Source: an uncultured Verrucomicrobiae bacterium (lineage in GTDB: Bacteria; Chlamydiota; Chlamydiia; Chlamydiales; Rhabdochlamydiaceae). From it: 64,000 nucleotides of DNA. The stretch covers positions 128,001 to 192,000 of the forward strand of contig CAWFUG010000009.1 of NCBI GenBank assembly GCA_963818965.1, given 5' to 3'. The position numbers and the translations under genes are program-made. Below are positions 19,874 to 31,031 of the stretch, piece after piece (within the stretch, counting starts at the first letter, position 1; every line of letters begins with the position of its first letter). The notes beneath the pieces were generated by a model. The model did no database searches, had not been told where the DNA came from, and saw only the letters and a list, made by a program, of their open reading frames with translations.

Positions 19874-21679
19874 TTAAACGAATTGCTGTTTTCCAAATAA
19901 AGACCGGAGCGCTTGTGTGTATCGTAGTTCTGTCAATAAAGACTGGATCTCTAGGGCGGTTTCTGAAGAAGGAGTGATACCGCGCATGAGGAGATTATTG
20001 ATAACCTCTAAGTCTTGCCTTTCAATCGCATATGCTAAGACGGTCTGCGCGTTTTCTTCAGAAAGAGGGGCGCCGCGCTTGATGAGAATCGAGATGATTT
20101 CTAAATTGCGCCAGAATTCCAACTCATCCCTGTGCAGAGTTTCCACGGTATACTGCATCATCCTTTCAGTGTCTTCTTCAGAAAGAGCAGTCTCTTTCTC
20201 GAGGAGCATACGGATGAGTGCTAGATCCTGAGCCGTAACAGCGCTCTGCAGCACTCTTTCAGCATCTTCTGTAAGAATAGATGCCCCTTTCTCAAGGAGC
20301 TGTTGAATGAAGGGTAGATCCATAGCATCAATGGCGGGTGAAAGAAGTGTAGTAGCAGCGTCCTTAGATAGGGATATCCATGTGCTTGTATCGAGAAGGA
20401 TGCGGATGATTTCTAGATTTCCCGTTTCTACGGCGTATTGCATAGCAGTCTTTCCTTCCCGATCCTCGCTATTGAGACGATGAGGGTGCATTTCTTTTAC
20501 AATCAGTGCGACGGTCTCTCTAATTTGATTTTTGACTGCAAAGTGTAAAGGGGTAGATTGATCAAAACCGCTCCTTGTGTGAACGTCTGCTCCATGAAGT
20601 AGAGCGCTTTTTACTTCTTCACTATCGTTAGAAAAGAGCTGCTCTTGCAGGCTTGCTGCGTATTGCCAATCCTCTGGTTTTAGGTAGTCCCAGACTGGGA
20701 GAGTCCAATCAGAGCGCATGAAACAGCCCTGTGTGCTCAAAAAGAAGAATAATGCGTTATCGCCATGGAGTTTTCTATGATCTTGAGGGATATTTATTTC
20801 TAAACACTCTTCAGTTACTGTCCTCCTAAAGACTGTAATGGTTTTCGATTGAATGGGCTGAGTAGGTGCGTCGGTGCTATAGACATATTGTAGTGGCAAT
20901 TGGATGGGAGTGTCATCGGGTTTTTGTAGGATAAAGTCACAGAGGACCTGAGATGCTATGGGAAGGTGTCTTACCAAAAATGGAGCGCGTGTATCGCGTA
21001 AAAATTCGAGCACATAGGTGCTGTAGGTAGCGCGGTCTGTAATGGCAGGGCGACCCTCTCTCCCAGAGTACCACCCATCTCCGATAAAAAATCCCCCCTT
21101 TCGGACTAAGTTAAATTCCTGGCCATTCAATCCCGTGGGATCCACCGTATGACGTGAACACTGGGAAGTGATGCAGATATCGAAGCCGCCGGCTTTTTGT
21201 ATAGAAAAGCCGTGTTTGTTGAGTCTTTGAGGAAGACACTCTTGGATCTCCTCTATTTTTAAAGCGCCTAAAAGATAGAGCGTGATCTGTGGACTCAATT
21301 TTTTAACGGGGTCATCCCAGTACGATTCTCCTCGTGTGCCGACGATATGGACTTCGACATCATCGGGTAATCCTTGACTCTGAAGAAATCTTTCGAGGCC
21401 CGCAGGCCATGGAAAGTTCCCTGAGCCGACTTCTAAGGCAGAGAACATTTTTCGCCCCGGATAATCTCGATCGATGATCGCCTTCATGAGGCGGTGCTCA
21501 TGAACCTCACATTTGCAATAGTCAAAGTCTCCATTGTAATACCCCCAGTCGCTGTTCGACTGACGTTCGAGCTCGCGATAAGCGCATGAAATGGTAGAGT
21601 CTAGGCCTATGCTGGCTCGATCCTTCACATTGAGATAATAAGGATCTGGCGTTGTTGAAATGGTGGATATAGTAGACAT
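19874..21679 (-). CDS. SAM-methyltransferase-like domain + ankyrin repeats, paralog 1
   Basis: SALEVGSGN, FDICITSQCSRHTVDP; ankyrins STPLHFAV and GKTAMQYAV. Confidence 0.8.
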   Translation of the reverse strand: MSTISTISTTPDPYYLNVKDRASIGLDSTISCAYRELERQSNSDWGYYNGDFDYCKCEVHEHRLMKAIIDRDYPGRKMFSALEVGSGNFPWPAGLERFLQSQGLPDDVEVHIVGTRGESYWDDPVKKLSPQITLYLLGALKIEEIQECLPQRLNKHGFSIQKAGGFDICITSQCSRHTVDPTGLNGQEFNLVRKGGFFIGDGWYSGREGRPAITDRATYSTYVLEFLRDTRAPFLVRHLPIASQVLCDFILQKPDDTPIQLPLQYVYSTDAPTQPIQSKTITVFRRTVTEECLEINIPQDHRKLHGDNALFFFLSTQGCFMRSDWTLPVWDYLKPEDWQYAASLQEQLFSNDSEEVKSALLHGADVHTRSGFDQSTPLHFAVKNQIRETVALIVKEMHPHRLNSEDREGKTAMQYAVETGNLEIIRILLDTSTWISLSKDAATTLLSPAIDAMDLPFIQQLLEKGASILTEDAERVLQSAVTAQDLALIRMLLEKETALSEEDTERMMQYTVETLHRDELEFWRNLEIISILIKRGAPLSEENAQTVLAYAIERQDLEVINNLLMRGITPSSETALEIQSLLTELRYTQALRSLFGKQQFV

Positions 21680-21791
21680 TATTATCTCACTTAATCATTA
21701 ATTTGTTTACTATTATAATTTTATCGTAAATAATCTTCAATTAAACAATTTTATTGTTTACCGCTTGAGATGAAGAGAGAAGTATATAGTA

Positions 21792-22718
21792 CTAAAAATT
21801 TTGTTCGAACAGAGAATCGGCGTAAGTCGCGGGGTCGAAGGGCTCTAGGTCATCCGGTCCCTCTCCCGTGCCGACCCAAAGGACGGGGATCTTGAGCTTT
21901 TGGTAGATGGAGAGGATGATGCCCCCCTTTGCGGAGCCGTCGAGTTTAGCGAGGATAATGCCACTCAAGGGGGTGACTTGGTGGAAGAGGGTGGCCTGGT
22001 CGATCGCGTTTTGGCCGGTTGTGGCATCGAGCACGAGCAGGGTCTCGTGGGGGGCGGAAGGGATGACTTTTTGACAGACGCGCTTGATTTTTTCCAGCTC
22101 TTGCATCAGATCGACTTTATTCTGCAACCGTCCTGCGGTATCGATGAGGACGATGTCGCAGTCGCGGGCTTGTGCAGCTGTTAAGGCATCAAAAGCGACC
22201 GCAGAGGGGTCCGCACCAGGTTTTGATTTGATGATGTCTACTCCAAGCCGCTCTGACCAGGTAGAGAGTTGTTCGATGGCGGCTGCGCGGAAGGTATCGC
22301 CCGCTGCGAGCAGGACTTTTTTCCCTTCGGATTGGTAAGCGCGGGCGAGTTTTGCGATCGATGTCGTCTTACCACTGCCGTTGACACCGACGATGAGGAG
22401 GACGCGAGGCGAGGGGGTCACTAGAGGCGCTTGTGGGGGGATCTGTAGCAATTCGAGCGCATGGGCATGGAAGATCTTTAGGATCTCTTGGATATCCTGT
22501 GTCGGTTTTTTCTTGAGCTCTTTGCGCAGGTGTTCGACAAAAGAGGCGGCGCATTCCGATCCGAGATCCGCTTCGTATAGGATCTGTTCTAACTCATCGA
22601 ATGTCCCTTCATCCCAAGGTTTTCCAAAAAGGGTCCGCAGGCGCGAGGCGAGTAATGAGCGCGTTTTACTCAACGCTCCCTTAATTTTCTCAAATCCCGA
22701 CTTGAAGAATTTCAGCAT
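21792..22718 (-). CDS. ftsY: Signal recognition particle receptor FtsY
   Basis: [30 protein letters not shown]. Confidence 0.97.
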   Translation of the reverse strand: MLKFFKSGFEKIKGALSKTRSLLASRLRTLFGKPWDEGTFDELEQILYEADLGSECAASFVEHLRKELKKKPTQDIQEILKIFHAHALELLQIPPQAPLVTPSPRVLLIVGVNGSGKTTSIAKLARAYQSEGKKVLLAAGDTFRAAAIEQLSTWSERLGVDIIKSKPGADPSAVAFDALTAAQARDCDIVLIDTAGRLQNKVDLMQELEKIKRVCQKVIPSAPHETLLVLDATTGQNAIDQATLFHQVTPLSGIILAKLDGSAKGGIILSIYQKLKIPVLWVGTGEGPDDLEPFDPATYADSLFEQNF

Positions 22719-22779
22719 GGAATAACCCTTGATTCAAAAGCAATTGTATCAGATAAGGAGATTCAAGAGAAGGTGTGAT

Positions 22780-23949
22780 ATGAACACGCATGAATACCAA
22801 GCAAAAGAAATTTTGAAACGCTATGGGATCCCTATCCCTCCCTTTGGCGTTGCGCAAAGTGTCCGCGATGTCGCCCAAATCGTACGCGATTTGGAGCTCA
22901 AAGAGGCGGTGATCAAGATCCAGGTCCACGCAGGGGGCCGAGGGAAAGCCGGTGGGGTCAAATTCGCCAAAACGCCAGAGGAGATCGAAAAGATCGCCGA
23001 TGAGCTCATCGGAATGAAAATGGTCAACAACCAGACGGGTCCTGAGGGAGTGATCGCCCATAAAGTCCTCATCTCAAAACCGCTAGATATCAAGAAGGAA
23101 TACTACCTCGGAGCGATCATCGATCGGGAACACGCTCAGCCGATCATCATCGCCTCTCCCGAAGGGGGCATGGAGATCGAAGAGGTCGCCGCCAAACATC
23201 CCGACAAGATTTTGAAGTTGCCGATCGATCTCGATGGCACATTGCGCTCTTTTCGGATCGTGCGCCTCTGTAATTTTATGGGATGGAAAGGGGAGATGGC
23301 AAAACAAGGCGCTGCGATCGCAAAGGGTGTTGCCCAAGCGTTTATGGACACAGATGCTTCTCTTTTAGAGATCAACCCGCTCATTGCTTCTACAGATGAT
23401 AAATTGTGGGCATTAGACGCAAAACTCTCGATCGACGATAATGCGCTCTTTCGCCAGAAAGAGATCGCCTCCTTTTACGATCCGACGCAAGAATCCCCTC
23501 AAGAAGTCGCAGCTAAAGAGCACGATCTAGCCTACATTGCCCTCGATGGAAATATCGGCTGCATGGTCAATGGAGCAGGCCTTGCGATGGCGACGATGGA
23601 CATCATCCAATACGCCGGGGGTCTGCCTGCTAATTTTTTAGACGTCGGTGGGGGTGCTTCGAAAGAAAAAGTCTCTGAAGCGTTTAAGATCATCTTCAGC
23701 GATCCCAAAGTCAAGGCGATCTTGGTGAACATCTTCGGAGGGATCATGAACTGCGCTGTTTTGGCAGAGGGGGTCATCGATGCGGCCAAAGCGATCGGGA
23801 TCAAAGTCCCGCTCGTGGTGCGCATGGAGGGAACGAATGTCGAGCAAGGAAAACAGTTGCTCGAGCATTCGAAGCTCCCGATCATCACAGCGGGGAGTTT
23901 GGCGGAAGCTGCGGAGAAAGTCTCCACTGTCTTACAAGGGAGAGGGTAA
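22780..23949 (+). CDS. sucC: Succinyl-CoA synthetase beta subunit
   Basis: [35 protein letters not shown]. Confidence 0.97.
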   Translation: MNTHEYQAKEILKRYGIPIPPFGVAQSVRDVAQIVRDLELKEAVIKIQVHAGGRGKAGGVKFAKTPEEIEKIADELIGMKMVNNQTGPEGVIAHKVLISKPLDIKKEYYLGAIIDREHAQPIIIASPEGGMEIEEVAAKHPDKILKLPIDLDGTLRSFRIVRLCNFMGWKGEMAKQGAAIAKGVAQAFMDTDASLLEINPLIASTDDKLWALDAKLSIDDNALFRQKEIASFYDPTQESPQEVAAKEHDLAYIALDGNIGCMVNGAGLAMATMDIIQYAGGLPANFLDVGGGASKEKVSEAFKIIFSDPKVKAILVNIFGGIMNCAVLAEGVIDAAKAIGIKVPLVVRMEGTNVEQGKQLLEHSKLPIITAGSLAEAAEKVSTVLQGRG

Positions 23950-24831
23950 TGGCGATTTTGATCGATAAAAATACGAAAGTGATCACCCAAGGGATCTCGG
24001 GGAAAGCGGGGAGTTTTCACACAGAGCAGTGTTTGCACTACGGCTCGAAATTCGTAGCAGGTGTTACTCCAGGAAAAGGGGGGCAGGAGATCTTGGGACT
24101 TCCCGTCTATCGACACTGTCTATCAGGCGAAAAAAGCGACCCATTGCGATGCGACGATGATTTTCGTCCCTGCGCCCTTTGCTGCAGACGCTATTTTGGA
24201 AGCAGAAGATGCGCGCATCCCCCTCATCGTCTGTATCACAGAGGGGATTCCCGTGCGCGACATGCTTGAAGTGAGTCGCGTGATGAAGCAGAGCCGGCAC
24301 AGTCGCCTCATCGGACCGAACTGCCCCGGCGTCATCACGCCAGGAGAATGCAAAATCGGCATCATGCCCGGCTACATCCACCGCAGAGGGAAAATCGGCA
24401 TCGTCTCCCGATCGGGGACGCTGACTTACGAAGCGGTATGGCAGACGACCCTTTTGGAATTGGGACAGAGCAGCTGCGTCGGTATCGGCGGAGATCCGCT
24501 CAATGGGACGAATTTCATCGACGTCCTCAAGCTCTTTCAGGAAGATGATGAGACACAAGGGATTCTCATGATCGGAGAAATCGGTGGCAATGCAGAAGAA
24601 GAGGCCGCGGAGTGGATCCGTCAGCACTGCACAAAACCCGTCGCTGCCTTTATCGCAGGCGTCACAGCACCTGCCGGCAGGCGCATGGGACATGCCGGTG
24701 CGATCATCTCAGGGGGAAAGGGCGATGCTAAGGGCAAGATGGAAGCGCTCAAACACGCAGGCGCTCTTGTCGCAGCATCTCCTGCTGACATGGGAAAAAC
24801 GATGCAACGCGCGCTACAGAGTAAAAAATGA
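23949..24831 (+). CDS. sucD: Succinyl-CoA synthetase alpha subunit, one frameshift near 24110
   Basis: [15 protein letters not shown] then [15 protein letters not shown] and RMGHAGA in a second frame. Confidence 0.95.
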
Positions 24832-25973
24832 TCCATTTTCCCGGCAGAATTCCCATCACGATCCATTTGACCTTCTGGATCTTCGCAGCGCTCATCGGTT
24901 ACTGGATCGGTGGCAATCTCGCACAGATGTTCATCTGGATAGGAATCATCTTCGTCTCTGTCCTCTTTCACGAGATGGGACATGCCGTGACCGCTCTCAT
25001 TTTTGGACAGCATCCGCGGATCGAGCTCGTCGCCTTGGGTGGGCTCACTTATCACGATGGACAGAAGCTGCCGCTTTGGAAGCAGTTTTTCATCGTCCTC
25101 GATGGTCCCCTCTGTGGGTTTATCCTCTTTGGCGTGGCAGCGCTAGCTCTCCAGCTCTCCTTTTTTTCTCAAGGGATTCCCGCTCGCATTATGACACTCT
25201 TGCGCGATGTCAATCTCTTTTGGACGATCATCAATCTGCTCCCCGTCATGCCGCTCGACGGAGGGCAGCTCCTCAGGATCGTTTTGGAAAAAATCTTCGG
25301 CATCAAGGGATTTCGTTATGCGATCTGCGCCAGTCTCGTTCTCTCTCTTATCGTCGCTCTCCTCGCTTTTTTGATGCAGAGTTTCCTCATCGGCGCTCTC
25401 TTTTTTCTCTTCGCCTTTCAGAGCTACGACATGTTGCGCAAAACCCGACACCTTTCAGAGACAGACCGAGATGGCACTCTGCAACAGTCTTTAGAAAAGG
25501 CGGAAGAATCGATTCAGCTAGGCAAAAAAGAGCAAGCCAGTGCCCTTTGCGAAGAGGTGCGCCAGAAGGCAAAAAAGGGGATGATCTTCGACACCGCGAC
25601 CCAATATTTAGCCCTATTAAAATATGAGGAGGGAAAGCTCGGAGAGGCGTACGCTCTTTTATTATCGATTCGGGAAGATCTCAATCCCGATGCCCTCTGT
25701 CTCTTGCAAAAGATCGCCTTTGAGCAAAGGGATTTTTCCCTCGTCACAGAACTCGCAGGCGCCTGCTTTCAGACCTGGCCCACTTCAGAAACAGCTTTAC
25801 GCAACGCCTGCGCTCACGCTCAGCTCAAACAAGCCCTCCCGAGTGTCGGCTGGTTGCGCACCGCCATAGACGAGGGCTTGCCCAATCGGATCCAGATCCT
25901 ATCGGATGCCTTGTTCGATCCAATCCGCGAGGACCCAGCATTTCAGTCTCTCCTCAAAGAGCAGTCTCATTAA
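24828..25973 (+). CDS. Site-2 protease (M50) with C-terminal TPR-like region
   Basis: [16 protein letters not shown], multiple transmembrane segments. Confidence 0.88.
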   Translation: MIHFPGRIPITIHLTFWIFAALIGYWIGGNLAQMFIWIGIIFVSVLFHEMGHAVTALIFGQHPRIELVALGGLTYHDGQKLPLWKQFFIVLDGPLCGFILFGVAALALQLSFFSQGIPARIMTLLRDVNLFWTIINLLPVMPLDGGQLLRIVLEKIFGIKGFRYAICASLVLSLIVALLAFLMQSFLIGALFFLFAFQSYDMLRKTRHLSETDRDGTLQQSLEKAEESIQLGKKEQASALCEEVRQKAKKGMIFDTATQYLALLKYEEGKLGEAYALLLSIREDLNPDALCLLQKIAFEQRDFSLVTELAGACFQTWPTSETALRNACAHAQLKQALPSVGWLRTAIDEGLPNRIQILSDALFDPIREDPAFQSLLKEQSH

Positions 25974-25974
25974 G

Positions 25975-26054
25975 AGACACTCATCTCTCCTCTCTGTGGT
26001 GAGATATTTTTTACCACAGAGAGGGGAAACCACAGAGAGGAGAGATGAGTGTCT
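25975..26054. repeat. ACCACAGAG composite palindromic repeat, copy 2
   Basis: agacactcatctctcctctctgtggt...accacagagaggggaaaccacagagaggagagatgagtgtct. Confidence 0.9.
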
Positions 26055-26122
26055 TAATAAACGCTTTCTTTTTATCCGCATTCTCCTTATAAACTCTACT
26101 TTTTAAAGCAGAGGTTTTCGCC

Positions 26123-27376
26123 ATGCGTTCTTTTTCTCTTTTCGCAGTGTTTTGTATGTTCACGACTTGCTTATACGCAGCAGATTCCAAAGACCCTTCC
26201 TCGCCTCCCGTTAAAAAGGTCAAGCCCCAGTATGCAGGAGCGCGACGTCAACCTCCGAAAGAGAAGGCGCAAAAGACGCAGAAGAAGCGCTCAAAAGTAA
26301 AAAATCAGTGGGTCTCGAGCAAGACGTATCCCAAAGTCAGTACACAGCAAGTCTCCTCAGAAGAAGAACTGCTCGAAGAGCTCCCCGAAGATCGCCCTTA
26401 TTTCCAAAGAGCAGTCGCTACCCCAAACTCGGCCGCTACAATCTCCTTTGCAGAAAATAGACCCACTTCTCCTCCCGATGAACAAGAATCTCAATTCGAG
26501 GAAGAGGTGTTCCCCAGGACGGGGTTCCAAGCGCCGCGTGGCCACGTCTACGTCACAGGCGAGTGGCTTTTTTGGCGCGCGCGTCAGGAAGGGATGGAGT
26601 ATGCGACAGGCAAAGCAGTGCATTTCGACTACACCTCAGGCTTTCGCGTAGGCTTTGGCGTTCACCTCCCGATGGATGGCTGGGACATCTATGCGAATTA
26701 CACTCGAGTGACCCCCGAACATTCGAATGGATTTGAGGGAGTGACCTTTCCCCAATTCCTCTACGAAGCGACTAATTTTGTAAATCACTCACATGCGCAT
26801 TGGCGCATCGGTTTCCAGTCAGCAGACCTCGAAATTGGAAGGGCGTACTTTCTCTCTTCCACACTCATCTTTCGTCCCTACTTCGGCATGAAAGGAGGCT
26901 GGATCGATCAAAAAGCCAAGATCGACTACAGCGGAGGGATCGTCCCCGCAGGACAAATCTACACCGTCCATTACACAAACGACTTCAAGGGAGCGGGTCC
27001 TCGCATCGGGCTGCAAACGAATTGGGACTTAGGGTATGGGTTGAGTCTTTTCTCCGACATGGCAGCTGCTTTCTTAATCGGGATCTTCAACAACCACCAG
27101 GTCCAAAAGCAGTTCAACGGCAGTGAGCCGATTCAATTAGAGACGCACCAACACCTTGTCTCTCCCAATCTCCAGCTCGTAACAGGTGCCGGCTGGGACA
27201 TCAATTTCAATCGAGACCACTGCCACTTCGGCATCAGCGCCGCCTTCGAAGCCCAGATGTACTGGGGCCAGAATCAGATCGAGAAGTTCACCACAGCAGC
27301 GCAACCCAACTACATCCGCGCCGACGGCGACCTCGCTTTCTATGGCCTAACCTTGCGCGGGCGATTCGATTTCTAG
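26123..27376 (+). CDS. Outer-membrane beta-barrel porin (Lpg1974/Legionella MOMP-like family)
   Basis: Signal peptide; GEWLFW, SGFRVG, GWDI, DLEIGR and GAGPRIG motifs; C-terminal LTLRGRFDF. Confidence 0.8.
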   Translation: MRSFSLFAVFCMFTTCLYAADSKDPSSPPVKKVKPQYAGARRQPPKEKAQKTQKKRSKVKNQWVSSKTYPKVSTQQVSSEEELLEELPEDRPYFQRAVATPNSAATISFAENRPTSPPDEQESQFEEEVFPRTGFQAPRGHVYVTGEWLFWRARQEGMEYATGKAVHFDYTSGFRVGFGVHLPMDGWDIYANYTRVTPEHSNGFEGVTFPQFLYEATNFVNHSHAHWRIGFQSADLEIGRAYFLSSTLIFRPYFGMKGGWIDQKAKIDYSGGIVPAGQIYTVHYTNDFKGAGPRIGLQTNWDLGYGLSLFSDMAAAFLIGIFNNHQVQKQFNGSEPIQLETHQHLVSPNLQLVTGAGWDINFNRDHCHFGISAAFEAQMYWGQNQIEKFTTAAQPNYIRADGDLAFYGLTLRGRFDF

Positions 27377-27544
27377 AGGTTTCTTTCTTATCTGAGGGGT
27401 TACCCCCTCATATAAGTCCTATAGGCCTGAGGTTTTTCGGGGCTCGATTTTTAACTAAATGGGGTAATTTGGTGTCATTTTTACCCCATTTAGCAGGGAC
27501 GTACGCGTTGGTGGGAGAAAACCCCCATAACGCGTACCGTGCAA

Positions 27545-27820
27545 CTAGTCACCAGAACCTGTGGCATTAGAACCAATAGAACTTGTGGGGGGTGTTTGTG
27601 TAAAGAGCGTGAGCTCGGGCATATCTCCTGGCGTCCATCTCTGTACTATTTTGAGAAGCTCTTGCTGGTAGGGATCTTTGACGAGCATTCCCAAAAATTG
27701 CAGCACCTTATTTAGGTGTTCTTGACATGTAGACTTTATATATAGGTATTTTTGAGGCGTGGGTTTTTCAAGTCCTTCTAAGGATGGCATGATGGTGAGC
27801 ATTTTTTGTGCATTGACCAT
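27545..27820 (-). CDS. Hypothetical protein or gene remnant
   Basis: 91-aa ORF; the frame stays open about 23 codons upstream without a start codon. Confidence 0.35.
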   Translation of the reverse strand: MVNAQKMLTIMPSLEGLEKPTPQKYLYIKSTCQEHLNKVLQFLGMLVKDPYQQELLKIVQRWTPGDMPELTLFTQTPPTSSIGSNATGSGD

Positions 27821-28220
27821 GATTATCGTGAGCCGTTGTTGTGCAAGTTCCTTTAAAGCTTTATTGTGTTTTAATTTTAATTTTTCATGTTATTTAATTC
27901 AAGTCTAAATTTTTTTTGTATGCAGGATGACAGGTTTCAATTTAGGATTTTATAACGAGTGCCTTTTCGGCATCCTTTGAACTTATTTTTTAGGGGGGCG
28001 GGTGAGTTTTTAGAGCTGGGTTGAATAAGCTGGTTATCGACCTATAATCAGCCAAATCTGTCATTTTTATGGACATTTGGCTGATTAGCGGCCTTGTTGC
28101 CTAAGGGCTGCCTGAAGGCAACCGTTACGCAACAAGGCCTAGTGGACCCATCAGATCTGGACAATCTTAGATCTACCAACAAGAGAAATCTAGTGACTCT
28201 CCTAAAAAGCGATCAGGTTG

Positions 28221-28709
28221 TTAAGGGAGAGGCTCGATACCGACCGTGATGTGGAAATCGTCCCCGAGGATCTTGCCGGGAAGGCCATTGGCCAAGCGAA
28301 TGAGCTCCACTTGGGGCACTTCGACGAGGTAGTAATAGTACCGGCTGTCATTGATCTCTTTTGCGGCAAACCGCTTGGCAAAGAAGACGACGGGTTGACC
28401 GATCTGGGGAATAAAGAGCTTTTTGTGTTGGGCCTCGTCTTGTTTGATCGCTGTAATGTGGGCACCTACTTTTCGGACGCCGTAGTAGGCAGGTGGAGCT
28501 ATGACCTCATCTCCGAGAAAGAGGAGGGTCTCATTGATGTACTCTTCAGAAACTTTGACGTAGACAAAACCCTCCCGCGTTCTTTCTAACGTTCCCACGA
28601 TGGAAAAATGCTGTTGCGCATTTTTTAGGATTAGCGCATCGGAAGCGGCATGGACCACAGATCCGTACAGGAAAAAAAGAACTAGGGGTAGTAATTGCTT
28701 AGGGCTCAT
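28221..28709 (-). CDS. Secreted 2H phosphoesterase-family protein
   Basis: Two HxT motifs (GAHITA, FHITVG) about 70 aa apart; signal peptide ending VHA. Confidence 0.7.
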   Translation of the reverse strand: MSPKQLLPLVLFFLYGSVVHAASDALILKNAQQHFSIVGTLERTREGFVYVKVSEEYINETLLFLGDEVIAPPAYYGVRKVGAHITAIKQDEAQHKKLFIPQIGQPVVFFAKRFAAKEINDSRYYYYLVEVPQVELIRLANGLPGKILGDDFHITVGIEPLP

Positions 28710-28802
28710 GACTTCAACGTAACACAGCGCGTTTTTATCCCCAAGTGTTGGAAATAATGTGTGCTTTTGTGTAGAGTTCTGAGCTCAAAATAGGAGGTTT
28801 GT

Positions 28803-29366
28803 ATGAGCGGTTGTATTTCGATCACGAGCGGTGAAACCAAGAGCGCAGTTCAGCGCGTACCCGTTGCCCTAACTGTTAGGCAGATGGAGGGGAAATTACA
28901 GGGATTGACTGCGGAGCAGATCTCCCTGCTTGCATCCAAAATCGCTGCACAGATGATTAAAAGCTCTGGAATTCGGTTTGAGATGAAGCTCACTCCAGAC
29001 TTCGTATTAAAGAACTTTCCACCTGACTTAGCTGTGCAGGTAGTGCAGAATCGAATAAGTCCTGAACTGAAGGCGTTTACGGAGCAACTGTTATTTATGA
29101 ACGCAGTGATGGAAATGTCAACTTATATTCAACCGCAGCTGACAAAAGATCTAGCGCTTCCAGCAAAATTTTTGAATGATGGGACTACTTTTATGTTGGG
29201 TACGGGGAAAGAAGAAACTCCAGGGCCTAATGCCTATCGGATCGATATCGGCGTAGACAAAACGCGAACGCAGCAACAATCTGAACTCATCTTCTCCCTT
29301 AAAGAACCGGGTCAAAATGGAATAGTATCGTATACTTACATCTCTCTGAATGAAAAGGTTGTATGA
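28803..29366 (+). CDS. Hypothetical protein
   Basis: 187-aa ORF with SD aggagg. Confidence 0.7.
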   Translation: MSGCISITSGETKSAVQRVPVALTVRQMEGKLQGLTAEQISLLASKIAAQMIKSSGIRFEMKLTPDFVLKNFPPDLAVQVVQNRISPELKAFTEQLLFMNAVMEMSTYIQPQLTKDLALPAKFLNDGTTFMLGTGKEETPGPNAYRIDIGVDKTRTQQQSELIFSLKEPGQNGIVSYTYISLNEKVV

Positions 29367-29376
29367 AAGAGCCTTA

Positions 29377-29399
29377 GAGGGACAGGAGCGCTGTCCCTC
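29377..29399. terminator. Hairpin between convergent genes
   Basis: gagggacag-gagcg-ctgtccctc. Confidence 0.55.
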
Positions 29400-29410
29400 A
29401 AGCTGCAAGC

Positions 29411-30868
29411 CTATTCGACTTTAATCGAGTAGAATCGAGTGCCGTTGCCTTGGCGCACGAGCAGCAGGATGCGTTGATTTTCAGGCTGGCCGATGGCCTC
29501 GTTGAAGTCGGCGATGTTGGCGACTTTTTTATGGTTGATCGCTTGGATCAGGTAACCGGGCCGTAGGCCAGCTAGGGCAGCGGGAGAACCGGGTTTGATT
29601 TTGGTGATCACAACACCTTCTTCTTTTTGACTCAAGTTGAGTTGTCTAGCGAGCTCAGGGGTTAGGTTGTCGATTTCCATGCCGAGCTTTTGGATGATTC
29701 CTCCAGCAGAAGCGGCATTTTCATTGGCAGATGTCGTCGTGACCGAGAGGGTGATGAGCTGTCCTTTGCGGTTGACTTTGAGTTTGATGACGCTTCCGGG
29801 GGGCATAAGGGAGATGTCGTTACGGAAGCTCTGCAGAGACTTGATGGGCTGTTTGTTATACTCGAGGATGATATCCCCTTGTTTGAGGCCTGCTTTATCG
29901 GCGGGGGAGTCTTTAATGACTTCTGAGATGAGAGCGCCTTCAGGTTTAGGTAGATTGAAAGCATCGGCGATGTCTTTATCGACGGGCTGTAGAGAGACGC
30001 CGATAAAGCCTCTTGTGACAGAGCCTTTGTCGATGAGTTGTGTCATGATGCCTCTGGCCATGTCGCTCGGAATGGCAAACCCAATCCCCATGTAGCCGCC
30101 ACTGCGCGAGACGATCGCTGTGTTGATGCCGATGACTTCGCTGCGCAAATTGAGAAGCGGGCCGCCTGAGTTTCCGGGGTTGATCGCCGCATCTGTTTGG
30201 ATGAAATCTTCAAAATCGGTGATGCGCAGATTCTGTCTTCCCTTAGCACTGATGACACCGACAGTGACAGAGGCTTCGAGCTGAAAAGGACTTCCAATGG
30301 CAATCGCCCATTCTCCAACTTCGATCTCTTCAGAGTCTCCTAAGGTAAGGAAGGGAAAATCCTTTCCTTCGATCTTGATGATCGCGATGTCTGTCTGAGG
30401 ATCGGCTCCGACGAGAGTCGCATCCATCTCGCGCCCATCATTTAGAACAGCAGTCATTTTATCTGCACCTTTTACGACGTGAGCATTGGTCAAAATATAG
30501 CCGTCTGCTGTGACGAGAAACCCAGAGCCCTGACTGAGCTGAGGCGCGGGTTTTTGTGGCTGACCGCGGTAGGGAAAGCCAAAAAAGCGCTGGAAGAAAT
30601 CATCTCCCCCAAAGGAGTCGAAGGGGTTTTGGTAATTATAAGGGTAGCCATTCTCATCCATCTCAGAAACACTGCTTTGCACCTTGATAAAGACGACAGC
30701 GGGGGTCGCTTTTTTTGCGACTGCAGTAAATGCTTTAGAGGTTTGTTCAGGAGAGCAAACGCAATGGGGAGCACTGTTATCTTGCGCCATCCCTTGAGCC
30801 ATCCCGGGGAAAGGGGCGGAGAAAAGCAGGCTAGCGGAACTAAGAGCGAGAAGAGAATAACGCGTCAT
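29411..30868 (-). CDS. htrA: HtrA/DegP serine protease with two PDZ domains
   Basis: LTNAHVV, DIAIIK, IQTDAAINPGNSGGPL. Confidence 0.96.
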   Translation of the reverse strand: MTRYSLLALSSASLLFSAPFPGMAQGMAQDNSAPHCVCSPEQTSKAFTAVAKKATPAVVFIKVQSSVSEMDENGYPYNYQNPFDSFGGDDFFQRFFGFPYRGQPQKPAPQLSQGSGFLVTADGYILTNAHVVKGADKMTAVLNDGREMDATLVGADPQTDIAIIKIEGKDFPFLTLGDSEEIEVGEWAIAIGSPFQLEASVTVGVISAKGRQNLRITDFEDFIQTDAAINPGNSGGPLLNLRSEVIGINTAIVSRSGGYMGIGFAIPSDMARGIMTQLIDKGSVTRGFIGVSLQPVDKDIADAFNLPKPEGALISEVIKDSPADKAGLKQGDIILEYNKQPIKSLQSFRNDISLMPPGSVIKLKVNRKGQLITLSVTTTSANENAASAGGIIQKLGMEIDNLTPELARQLNLSQKEEGVVITKIKPGSPAALAGLRPGYLIQAINHKKVANIADFNEAIGQPENQRILLLVRQGNGTRFYSIKVE

Positions 30869-30985
30869 ATGAGGACTCCTTCAAAAGGTGAAAGAAGTCG
30901 TTATACCTGAGAAGAGCAGATATATGCAATACCTCCTCCACTGGACAATGTTTGTGGCAATGGCAACAGCTCTTAAAAAAACGTC

Positions 30986-31014
30986 TTGAATCCTGCCTGG
31001 CTTTTCTATAAAAT
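30986..31014 (+). promoter_or_regulatory. Sigma70-type promoter of the DUF3800 gene
   Basis: TTGAAT-17 nt-TAAAAT. Confidence 0.55.
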
Positions 31015-31031
31015 CTCATGTCGAGTTACAG

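Noticed and set aside
24061..24269. sucD as two genes
   Set aside because: The two frames join into one canonical SucD with a single indel
24584..25627. 347-aa alternative-frame ORF
   Set aside because: It is a shadow of sucD and the M50 protease, Arg/Ser-rich with no motifs
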